Shown: piece after piece, positions 11,617-23,321 of the stretch
Position numbering within the stretch: position 1 is the first letter of the stretch
How the letters are laid out: every line of letters starts with the position of its first letter
Source: Curvularia clavata
Lineage: Eukaryota
Direction: 5' to 3'
DNA: 64,000 nt
NCBI GenBank assembly: GCA_023920165.1
Contig: CP089280.1
Coordinates: 1,426,001-1,490,000 of the forward strand
Program-made: the position numbers and the translations under genes
Notes under the pieces: model-generated
What the model saw: the letters and a program-made list of their open reading frames with translations, nothing else
Databases searched by the model: none
What the model was told of the DNA's origin: nothing

Positions 11617-13270
11617 ATGGACAACGACGCATCTTCCATCACAAAGAAGGATCTATCTTTTGAGCAGATCGAAGCCAATCCGGATACTCACAGCCCTGTA
11701 CCAGACATCCTGCGCCACTACACACCTGATGAACTAGCATCCCTCGAGAAGAAGCTCGTTCGAAAGATCGACATCCGTGCCCTACCCATCTTGATTATCC
11801 TCTTTTTGCTCAATGTCCTCGACCGGAATGCCATCGCTAACGCACGTCTTGGTGGTCTGGAAGCCTCACTGCGCATCGACGATGTCCAATACCAAACGGC
11901 CGTTATGGTACTTTGGGCTGGTTACATCTCTATGATGGTGCCGTCGAACATGCTTCTCTCCATATTCAAGCCCCGGCTCTACTTGCCCACTGTTGTCATC
12001 ATTTGGGGCATCGTATCTGGGGCTACGGGCTTCGTACAGAATCATGCTGGATTGGTAGCGCTGAGGTTCCTCGTTGGAGTCACCGAGGCCCCTTATTTCC
12101 CTGGATGTATCTTCTTTCTCTCCTGCTGGTATACCCGGAAAGAGTTGCCTAGCCGTATCGCGACATTCTACTCTGGATATACGCTATCTTCAGCTTTTGG
12201 TGGTCTCATCGCGGCGGGTATCGTTGATGGGATGGATGGTCTTGGTGGATATCCGTCTTGGAGGTGGATGTGAGTATTAGCTCGATATGCACACGGGACA
12301 CATTTTGACTTGTCCGCTTTTAGCTTCATTCTTGAAGGCGCATTGACTATTGTCATGGCGTTTGCTGGGTATGCGCTTCTGCCTAACTACCCATCTAATA
12401 CCTCATTTTTATCGTCTGAAGAGACAGCAATGGCTCAATGGCGTCTTGAACGTGAGAACGACGGCATGGCAGACGAAGTCAAAGAGTCCGTCTTCACTGG
12501 GCTGAAACAGGCCTTCTCAGACCCAAAAGTGGTAAGTAAACTTAATTTAAAGAAGCTTATTATAGCTCTGAAGAGTTGTTTGTTGACGGTTATAACCGAA
12601 TAGCCGCTACTCGTCTTCATCCAAACCTGCGCTGTCGTGTCAATGAGCTTCACTTACTTCTTTCCATCCATTGTTAAGACACTCGGCTTTCCACGCGTAC
12701 AAACCCTGCTGCTTACAGCACCACCTTATTTCTTAGCCTTCTTCTTTTCAATCCTCAATTCGTGGCATTCAGGACGCACGGGCGAGCATTGCTTTCATAT
12801 TGTCACTGGATGCGTCATATCTGCGATTGGTCAAATCATCTCCATGTCGACACATCAGACTGAGCCTCGATATTTCGCCATGTTTCTCCAAGCAATGGGA
12901 TCTTTTTCGGTTTTCCAACTCATCCTGCCTTGGGTTTCTGCTACTGTTGCGCGCCCCAAAGCAAAGAGAGCTGTCGTGCTTGCGTTAGCCACGGCCGTAT
13001 CTAACGCGACTAATATCGCTACTGCGTACCTATACCCTGAGTGGAGTGCACCGTAAGTAAAAAGAACCAAGTCTTATGAAAACGGGCTAATGAGATAACA
13101 GTCTCTATCGTATGGGATGCATTGTGTTAACTGTAGCACTGCTTTGTTGCGCAACCGCATCCATCATCCTACGATTTTGGCTCCAGAAACTCAATCTCAA
13201 GTCAGATCAGTCCGTCGGCCTAGAAGGAGTAGCTAACGGGCCTGGCTTACTGTTCCGATACACGTTATAA
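11617..13270 (+). CDS. MFS transporter, anion:cation symporter (DAL5/allantoate permease) family; 4 exons (11617-12269, 12324-12531, 12604-13052, 13101-13270)
   Basis: EKKLVRKID, LDRNAIANARL, LSCWYTRKE, WRWIFILEG and LLTAPPY motifs, with multiple transmembrane segments. Canonical introns restore one reading frame. Confidence 0.9.
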
Positions 13271-14080
13271 ATAGCGAGAATGATAGTATAGACGCATCGG
13301 CATAAGTACTAAGAGTATCTCGACCAAAGACTGGTGGTTTACGCGTAATACCATGATACCGCACTGTTTTTGCAAGCTAAATCTGTTTCATCCGCATTTG
13401 AATCCCTCGTCATTTGTGGAAGTTCAACTCCAATTTTGTTGGTCGAAAGTGCAGCACGCGCTTGTGGTCTACATCCCACGATATGGAAACAAAAGAATGA
13501 ACGGGAGCCGTCTCAGCTGCCCAGGCTCTTTCATAACCTCATCGTTATCTGTATCACCGAATCCTTCTTATGCCTGATTAGTTGCAATTCCGAGAATCTG
13601 TGTAACATTGTGTTTCGTGGACCGAGCGTTTTCCTAAAAGATTGTGAAAGCCGCTATCTCGTACGCGAGTTTGGGGGCGGAGTACAGATGCTACCCCATG
13701 TTTCGGTTATGCTGGGTCACTAGTATTACAGAAAGGATAAGGCATAGATTGTTGGTAACTGGGGTATGGGTCAAGTCGAAACACAGAGTGACACTGTCAA
13801 ATCCGCAAATTAGAGGCTAAAGTATGACGCCGGTGTGGCGTGTGTCTTGTTGGTATTGTTTCAGCCTCACGCATTTAACCAACTGTGCCGCATTCTAGGA
13901 CTGTTACCCTGATAGAACCTGCACATTTATTAGGAAATGTATGTATGTGGATATGGCAACATTTCTAGCTGCATATTCCAGACACATCGAACTCGACGCT
14001 TAGTCTTATACAATCTGTTATCAAAACGGCTCCAGCTTCCGAAGTGCATTACCAATCCAGCTCACATCGTTGAATCGAAT

Positions 14081-15982
14081 ATGTCGCAATCTCCCAACCA
14101 TTTGAAGAAACCCAAGTTGAGAAAAAAATCTTTGAAGAAATATGGAATACAATTCTATGACATCAAGAACGACAGCAACCACACCTTGCTAACGCCAGCA
14201 TATCACAACATTACATGGATGCAAGCAAAATTCCCGGAGCCTGTGAAGACGATGAACAACGCGCTTGCTGAGTTTGAGCGCTCTGGACACGATGCGGCAA
14301 TTGCTCAAGACCAGAATTGGGATCTCATGCCTCATGTCGATGTGTTTCGTGTGAACAAAAGTTTTATCAGGAGCAACGTCTATGCTAAAGTTGAAAAGGA
14401 ACTTGATGAAGGCAGAATGATCAGTGAGCTGGCAGTCACACTGCGCAAGACGAAGAACCCAGCAAAGGCATGGGAGCGGGAAATATATCTGAAGATGTTC
14501 AGAGCATATGAAGTGATGTACGGTGACCCGGACGAGCATCGGTAAGCACTCAAGATGCCTCCCTACGAACATTATAACTTATTCAAATAGGGGCCTCTTC
14601 AGGCGATGGGAACTGTGAGCAGCCCAAAAGCCAACCTGTGTTGTCTCACTAACCACAGGAAAAGGCACGGAGATGTTTATTGGAATGAATGTTCCTCAGG
14701 TAAACTGACATCGCCCAAAACGGATCTGACTTATGCGTTCCCGGTTATTGATGCAACGCAAGAAATGGTCGCTAAGCATCGGTGGGATTGGCAGGTCAAA
14801 AGCTTCTCCTTACCCGTCCTTCACTCACTCCAAAGCACACAAGGAGGTGGCTTACAGCCATCGCCGAACAGCAACCTTCGAGGCATGGACCCAAAGAAGT
14901 CAGAAAGTGGCTGTACTGCAGAACTCATGCGTTTCCCTTGGGCTATTGCTGAACTTCAGACTACTCCATGGAAAGCCGACCATACGGAAGCTGCCAATGC
15001 ATCTGCCGACGCACTTATGATGCGAGAAGAATCAGCAAGAAAAGCACAAGATCCGGCCAGAGAAGCCATATTCATCTTCTCATTTGCATGTGTTGGCCTA
15101 TGGCTCACATATCGAGGTTTAGTGAGTGCAAACGCGAGTTACTTAGCATTTCGCAAAGCTAATGTACTATAGACGAGGGGTGTTGTACACATGCGCTACA
15201 TCTGGGCTACCTTGCTCGAGCTTGCACATGGCATTTTCTCTTTGCGAGGTAATATTGACGACGTGCGTGGATGGGTTTACGATCGAGTGAATCCAGAGCT
15301 TGCTAGATGGATTGAATCAGCTCGGGGACGCCCAATAACTCATGTTAGCCTCATTCACGAAATGAGTGCCATTAAGAAAACAACAAAAGATACCTCCCAC
15401 AGGCAGCACTCAGAGGACTCATGGGTCATTTCCTCTCAAGACACGCAGAGGGTAAACTGCTCTAACATACCGAGTCCCGTATTCGGTCAGTATGTGTGCT
15501 CATTGTGTCGTAGAGTTGAAAGATGCGAGGATGAGGATGAACTGAAGAGATACAGAGATTTGAATGGAAGAGCAAGAAGCGGCAAAGAGGGAAGCGATCC
15601 AGAAGATGAAGAAGAAGAAGAAGAAGAAGAAGAAGAAGACAATGGCGATGGCTATGACAATGGCGATGGCTATGACGATGGCGAGGATGAGGATGAGGAG
15701 GATGAAGGCTACTTCAGCCCTTGCAAGAAGAAAGTCGTAAGGGACATTACAACCACTCCACCAGTACATCACCAACGTCACCAACATGGGATCTTTTGCG
15801 GTTGTCCCAAACAGACGTATTGGCGAACGGACAACGAAGACCAGGAGGACGATGAAGACGAAGAAGAAGTAGACGACGACGAAGAGGAAGATGATGATAA
15901 AAGAGATGACGAAAAGGATGATGAAGATCTTATATACAGTTTTTCATTGCTATCTCTTTCAGATGAGTCAAGGCGGCGATAA
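14081..15982 (+). CDS. Uncharacterised protein with a degenerate PD-(D/E)XK-like core and an acidic C-terminal tail; 4 exons (14081-14541, 14591-14614, 14659-15121, 15173-15982)
   Basis: Three GT-AG introns with branch points give one continuous frame. Motifs PKTDLTYAFP...FPWAIAELQ...EAANASADAL...FSFACVG; poly-E/D tail. Confidence 0.65.
15608..15690 (+). repeat. (GAA)~10 microsatellite followed by 18-bp tandem repeats (GACAATGGCGATGGCTAT), coding poly-E and DNGDGY repeats
   Basis: Directly visible in the sequence. Confidence 0.85.
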
Positions 15983-16699
15983 TGCCAATTATCAAAGCAT
16001 TGAATACCTTAGTACTTCCAAAAACAGACCGCATGCTAGACATCCCGTGATGTGAACATTTGAGGTGATGTATCATACACATAAAACAGGAAGACCACCT
16101 GCAGTTGGGTAGAGCTACTGAAGTTGGTGGTTTTAATAAAGCGAGATTGACTTGGTTTTCCTAGTGTAGCAATTTTAACCACATCATCTTCGACGGTCGA
16201 TGATTCGATAAAGCTATATCTGATACCTGGAAGTGATGCCTAATAATCTAAAACCTTGCGGATGGCGACTTGAAATCATGTAACATAGTCAAACTCCTAT
16301 TTTCGACAGTATTTTCGCCAATCAAACAATCTTCCCTTCCGTGATTGATACCTTCAGCTACCCAAATATATACGTCAACCTTCGAATTCCGAGTATACTT
16401 ATACACATCCACGATTGTGGGGTTTATAAAAGATCGCATTAAAAAGTAAGACAAGGGGAGCCACAATCAAATTTCCGTAATCTTTAACTGATCTCAGTAT
16501 ACGGAAAACAGTGCTCCTTCTGGATAGGTCAGAAATTCTGTCACTTAGCATTGCTTTCTTTTGCGATATCTTTGGATACATGTGAGAGACCAATGAAATA
16601 AAGCAAAGCATGCAATTCCGCAAACACAAAGATGCGGGAGGCTTGTTGGATGAAAACTAATTTTTGGTCGAGATTGCATCTGCAATGAACCTTGAATTG

Positions 16700-16832
16700 C
16701 GATATTGTGATTGTGGTAACATGATTGTGATGTTGTTGCTGTACCAACGTATTTGCATTCTTGTGCTGCAATACTGCAACCTGATATTGTGATTGTACAT
16801 CCCTGATAGTCATATTTTGGTTGTGATTGTGT
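16700..16832. mobile_element. Possible solo DNA-transposon (hAT-like) terminus with subterminal TTGTGATTGT repeats
   Basis: GATATTGTGATTGT occurs exactly at 16701-16714 and 16783-16796, with variants near 16723 and 16819. The minus strand from 16805 reads CAGGGATGTACAATCACAATATC. No partner end or transposase was seen. Confidence 0.3.
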
Positions 16833-17799
16833 TCTCGTGGTATGTTTGTGGTGCTGTACTTGAGCTATGATGCTTGTGCTGAGTTTGCAATTGTATGCTA
16901 TGATTGCTAAGAATAGTGTCAGTATCAGCATCAATTTTCCCTAAAATGCGATGGCTGCAGTGGCCTAAGAGCAAAGTAAGCAAGCAAACAAAAGCAGTGG
17001 TACAAACTTGATTTAGTGAAGTGGAGTAAACTCAAGTTCAAGGTCCCAGCTATGGCGCTACACCCAAACGCATATAGCCTGCCAGGCCATGACAGATGTG
17101 GCTTTCCCCCACAACAACCCGGCAAACTTTGGACACTCAAGAAATCAGCTCTGAGCCTTCTTGATCTATTTTGAACTCTCCCGAGATTTGTATCTCGGCA
17201 CAAAAGCAACGTGCTTTACGTCGTTCTCGCCTATATACATCTTCTGTCCTAATTTTATGATTTATACCCATTGCAATTCGACTACCAAGGCAATTCTTCC
17301 GCCACTTTCAGCTATTCCAAAAGAATCGGACAAATCATAATGTCTTTTTAACTGGTCCTTTTAGGACGTGTCTTCATTGCGCCTAAATCAGCCTATCCGA
17401 GACCACGCATTGAGAGTAGATTTCTTGGGAAGGCTTCCCCTATTGCTTCATTTCACACCTTCTCGACAGCATCCCTTTCCTTAAGACGTATGCATTACGC
17501 TTCGCTGAGAATTTTGATGCACCGACTGTACAATGTCACTAAAATCGACGCTGGTTCTACCGCCGAGTTACATCGATGAATCAACTCTCCTAGCAAATGG
17601 ATCCAGCCCTCGAACTTCGTCACAACCCAACACCTTGGGGCCATTCTGCATCGCAATCAAAGTGTTTCTGCTTTGCGTAGGTTATACTGCAAGAGGAACA
17701 GGATAATTTCTGATTGCCTGCCCAAGATAAATTCTGGCATTCCGCATTGTAGAACTACCGTCCCTACCATTAAGAACAAGGCCGTCGCCCTCCATCGGC

Positions 17800-19330
17800 A
17801 AACATGGCCTCTTCTGCAGCAAAAACTACCTATAACGAATCGCCCTGCCTGCCAATCCGTATAATTCACCAAGGAAGGGCCCAATTGACCCGCTCTATAT
17901 ACGATGAACATAATCGAAAAGCTAGCCGTCCCGAAAATTCCCAGCTGGCATCTGCGAAGTCAACGCACAAATCGATACACCTGTTCATTGCTCAACCAAC
18001 CCAATTGTAGGGTTTCGCCGCTTTCGACACCGAGGAACCAACGCATATTTTGGGACGCAAAGACATCAATGCGAACGAGGAAGGCGAACGAGGAAGGCAG
18101 CTTTCGCATTTCCGGACCCGTGAATCCCTACTTCAGCAAGTGGAGCCAGCCGCGCAAGTACACGGATTGTATGAAAACATGGACAGTTCCTGCCGATGCC
18201 CTCCTTCATTGATTTAGTCTTCAGGCATCCATGCGAATATAGAACGCGGCACAGACATTCCCTTCCATACATACCTCCGCTCGCAAATCGACCTAGCAGT
18301 ACACGGACATGACGAGACGCAAAACTTTGGTTGCAAGGATCTTCAAAGGCTTCTTCTGTCGCAGTCAATGAGGACACTTCGTACTGCCCAAGACACTGCT
18401 CCTGGATTCGGTCCCAGTACCCGGTGGAGTTCACTGCGTCTTCATTCGACGAGGTGGATTTGGAAGAAGCAGAGCATCTAATTGCCATCAAATAACAGGA
18501 TGGACACGCAACATTTCGCCAACCAGATGAAACTCACACCACGAGATTTTCATGAAGCAATAGAGTTTTGCTTTATAGATTTGGGCTTGTTCTCCTGGAA
18601 TCTCCATTGCAGTTTTTTTTTTCATTGTTGCAACTCACAGTATACTTTTCGACGGTCAGAACCAGTATTGATACGCTGTGAGGCCAGAGTCTCGAATCTC
18701 AGCTATATGCGTGGTGGATGTGCAACATGGACATGAAGTCAAGGATATCGATGACCGTGATATATGGGATGAATGCGACGGTGAAGGAATTCCTAACGAG
18801 AGTCGACGCCATGGAAGAAATATGCTCTGCGTTCTGTAACCAAAGCCATCAAAAACGAGATGCAGAGCACATTGTCAAACAGGAAGTACATGAGACGGAT
18901 ACTCGAACAAAAACACGACCGCTGTGTGAAAGACGATTGATGAAGATCTCGAAGGAGACGAATGCGACAAACGGAAGATCTGTAATCGAGGAAACAAGCT
19001 TAGCAAAAAAAGACGGATCTGGCGAACAGGAAGACTACGATGGAGATTGATCCCGGCGAGAGAAAACAGAGGAAGCGGTCAACGATAAGAACGAATTTCT
19101 GGAGGACTGGGAAGAGCTGTGGAAAGGGCTGGGGCATCGTGCAGCGCCACACTTCGCGAAGATATGCGGCTGTCACTAGGTTTTGCACCATGTATATCTA
19201 TTGACTCAATACTTGATATAGCAATAACTCTCCAAGCTGTTGGCAATTTTGACAAGACGATGATTCTACGCTTTACATTACTAGACATATGGGTAAAAGG
19301 GGTAGGCAGGCCAATACGTCAAGTATGAAG
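17800..19330 (+). pseudogene. Probable degenerate gene remnant of unknown family
   Basis: One + frame from ~18175 to 19050 is interrupted by only four stops (TGA 18310, TAA 18493, TGA 18553, TGA 18679) and has protein-like composition. It apparently shifts frame near 19050. Confidence 0.35.
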
Positions 19331-19480
19331 TGTATATCGTATATTGTTTTTCCATGTCTAGTACGAACTACTCTATATGCAGGGAGGATGAAACCCCACT
19401 CTAGGCAAGTTCTAGACTTCACCATCATCTTGTAACCAAGTCTTATACATTCATTTCTAAACACACGCAGTGAAGCAAGC

Positions 19481-21505
19481 TTACATGGGAGTGCCACGGG
19501 GCCTGTGCGAGACAGCACGGTGCTTCTGTGGGTTCTCCTTGTACCTTTTCACATCATTAGCCACTTTCCTCGTTACAAATGTTGGAAAGGAAAAACTTAC
19601 TTTGTGACAATCCTCGCAATCGAATCGAGACCCTTCTCCAGCACATCCATGCGTGGGCCATAGCTCAATCGGACAAAGTGGTGGCAAGGCGAGTCGAACA
19701 AGTCCCTACGCCTGCTGGGGTTCAAATCGAAAAAGATACCAGGGACAACGATAACCTTCTCCTCAAGACAAGCCTGGAAGAAGTTGAGACCATCGTTAAT
19801 TCCCTCAGGCAGGTTAGAAAGGTCGAGCCAGAGGTAAAAGGTCGAGTTGGGCATGTAGGGGAACTTGAAGCCGATTTCTTGAAGACGGCCAATGACGTAG
19901 TCGCGCTTGGTGCGGAAGTGCATCTGCAGAGCGCGCATTTCGTTGCGGACGCGGGGAGGAGAAAGCATCTCAACGGCGGCTTCTTGGAAGGGCACGTTGC
20001 AGCCTCCGTCGAGGTAGGAACCACATGAGCCAATGGCTTGGATGAATTCCTTGGGTCCAATGACCCACGCTACACGCCAGCCAGGAAGACGGAATCGCTT
20101 GGTGAGACCGTCAATGATGAGCACGTCGTCCTCGTCTACGTCCTCTACGTTGTCGGCAGCGGAGATGACGGTACCGTCACAGTTGGTAGTGTAGTTGTAT
20201 CCGCAGTAGAACTCGTCCATAATCAGGGTAGCGCGGTCTCGGCAGATGTTCTGGATCTGGGCAAGTTCGGGGTTGGTAACCATCTGGCCCGTGGGGTTAC
20301 GCGGGTTCGATGTGAGAATGACAGAGGTACCACGTGCAATTTCCTCTGCGATCTTGTCGGGAGACATGTGGTACTGGTCAGCCTCTCCGAGAGGAACGGG
20401 AATTGCGGCGATGTTTCGGAAAAGCGACAACATCTCGTTGTATGCGGTGTAATCTGTACATGTCAGTCTCAATTCTGATCGTATAACCGCAGTCTCGACG
20501 TACCAGGAATGAAGAAACCCAAGTAGCAGTTGCCCAGCACAGCGGCGATACGGATCAAACCAGCACGTCCACCAGGGACAATGCAAACCTAGCTCAGGTC
20601 AGTGATTCTGCCAAAATGACCAATTGCACCAGTCTGGACCTACGTTCTCCCATGTGTATTGACTCTTGCGCCACTTGCGGTGGTGCTCGTTGTATAGCGT
20701 CGCAACAGCCTCTCTCAGCGGCCTGATACCGGCGGTAGGACCGTATTCTCTGCCATGAGCACTGATATCCACCTCTCTCGGCCTCTCGAAGCAGCCCTCG
20801 ATGCTGTCGTCGACCTCAGGCGCACCCTGACCCAAGTTGGCCCATTCCTCTGGATGTTCGAGGAATCCGTGCTTGTATGCTTGTTCCGATGTCCAGACGA
20901 CACCTGTGGAAGCGCGCGTCGCGTCGAGACCGGCGTGTGGCTTATGGCCTTCGTGTGACTGGCGGAACTGGCGATGAATCGAGGAGCCAAGCTCTATTGA
21001 CCGTTAGCAAACCGTATGCATATGGCTTCCATTGGCAATCAAGAGGAATTAAAATGAAGAGAAAAGACGAGACCTGATTCGTGTCTTCCGTGAGACATGG
21101 CTGCAAATCGCAGTTACGGCAATAATGAGGGGCAGATAGGGAAAAACCAAAAAAAGAGGGACAGCTAAGCTCACACAAGCATGCGGGAAAGCTGGAGACA
21201 AAAACACTCAAGAAAGCGGCTCGAAACGCGCCGATATAGCGAGCTCGTAATCCAGATAAACCCTCTATCAGAGAAAAGGCCCCAATTTTTCTTGCTGCTC
21301 CACAACGACGTTCGCGTAGTACTTCCGATATCAGGTGCCGGAGGCAATCTCAATCGCCAAAAGAATGACGTAGTAGGCAGAAGAGCAAAAGCGAGACAGA
21401 GGAGAATACACACGTACCGCTCTCGGTAGGATCCTTTGAGCTTGAAAAGCGACGGTGGGAAAAGGCTCCCTTCAAATGACTGACTTTATCTGCTGAGAAA
21501 GACAT
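19481..21505 (-). CDS. PLP-dependent aminotransferase class I/II; 5 exons (21505-21418, 20993-20644, 20588-20504, 20453-19601, 19544-19481)
   Basis: WANLGQGAPE, SNPRNPTG, IMDEFY, GLTKRFRLPGWRVAW (PLP lysine), VPGIFFD and VRLSYG motifs. Splice phases are consistent. Confidence 0.9.
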
Positions 21506-23321
21506 TGTGGTGTGTAGAGAAGAAGCTGGCGGGAACACAAGCTTTTGTCTAGCTTCGATGGGGGGAGGGGTATCGCAGATCTAGGTGGAGACCAAACCGA
21601 GCGACGAAGGATCGCAGGAACGAAGTAGAGATAGAGAGAGATAGCCTAAAGGCAATATACGTAGTAGGCCGTAGCGGAGGGGAGGAGCCTTCGGTGAGCA
21701 AACACAAAAGGCAATGTTTTATCTCCTTGGGACAGGGACAACTGTCAAAAAGAGCCAAGGAGAGAAGAAGATCGTGGTGAATGGGCTGCCCCCGTGGTCG
21801 GCCCTTTATATCTCGCCGCCTGTTATATGCATCGTCTCTGCACCCACCCAAGCTCGTTGGTTGGCAGCTATCCATGCCCCGTGGCAGCAGCTAAAAGCCT
21901 ACCCAACTCTAGCCCCAGAACGAACACCCTCGTTACATGGGCGTAACAACAACGCTACGCTACATTACTGCCAATCCCCTCACCGCCTTTGCTTGCACAC
22001 CCTCGGGGATAAAATCCATCCTGGCTATACCAGAGATATCTGCGTCTCTGGAAATAGCCTCAAAGCCAAACTCGGACCGCATCGTGGCTTCTCAGCCTCC
22101 TTCAGCCGCCCAGTATCAATTGCCTCAAGGGAAAGAGAGCAAATAGGCGTGTGGCTGTGACCAACGCCCGCATCTCACCGCTTGCGGCAGTAATTCGTGG
22201 GCTGTGGAGGTGAACATGGGCATGGTGGGGCAGAAAAAAGGACACCAGTACAACGATACGATACGGCTTCCGACCAACGCTTCGGCACGAGGACGTCCGC
22301 TGCGAAAACAGCCCGCATGCATTTGGACGGATCCAAGATGCATGCACCCCTCGATACAGGCATTGGGCGTCGGTGTTTGCTCTGCACCATGCAGGACCCT
22401 ACATACGTACATCTCAGCCCAACGTCTGCTCTCCCCACACCCCCCAGTTCACCATCCGTCTGTCTTACCCCCCGCAGCCCTGCTATGTACTCTACACTCA
22501 TAACACATACCTGTCCCAGCTGGTTGCAACCAGACCTTCGACCACAGCCCCCAGCCCCCAGCGTGCGCACACCCATCCATTCATCGTATTCCTAGTCCCC
22601 CTTTGCCGATCTCCGGTAAACGCGCGGCCGTATCACTCATCCTCGCCCCAATCCCATCAAAATGCCTCATCTCATCCTATCCCAGGATTTCTATATTACT
22701 TTTCCTCGTCATTTTTGTTTTTAGAGTGACATATGCAGTCATCCCGATTCCGCCCGCTGCATCCCCCCTTTTTTCTTGCTTTTGGATATGTACGTCGATA
22801 CATGCATGCTACATCATGCACGACTGGTGTTTTTTTCTCGGCAAAAGGCTTGTTGTAACATCAAGAACAAGAAAGAGGAAGAGGTAGGTTGAGTGCTTTT
22901 TTGTCTATAGCACGGAAGATGAAGATGCCGTGGCTCAGGTATGGATAATATGTAAACATGCTCAGCTTCTCAGCTGCCTCTCGCCCTTTGACACAAACTG
23001 TGTCTGGAACATGAGAGGGATGTCATTGCGTTGGACTAATGAGAGAAAGCCACCCTCTCCTTGTTCAACATGAAAACACTGTATTCCCTTCAGCGCTGCT
23101 TGATGTGACTTTACGTAGACAGGACTTTACGTAGGCAGCAACATGAGCAAATCAGGAGCCAAATATCATAATCACAGACATAGAACAACACATCCGAGAA
23201 CATCAAGCACCTGCAATCTAAGAGCGATACAGTCTTTCCTAATCCTACATACACACAGCCTATATAAGCAGTGGCCTTCAAAAAAATAACAAAACTAAAC
23301 AGCAAGCGCAAGGAAAACAGA

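Noticed and set aside
16658..16687. Sm-site-like AATTTTTGG followed by a small hairpin
   Set aside because: No U1, U2, U4 or U5 signature sequences nearby.
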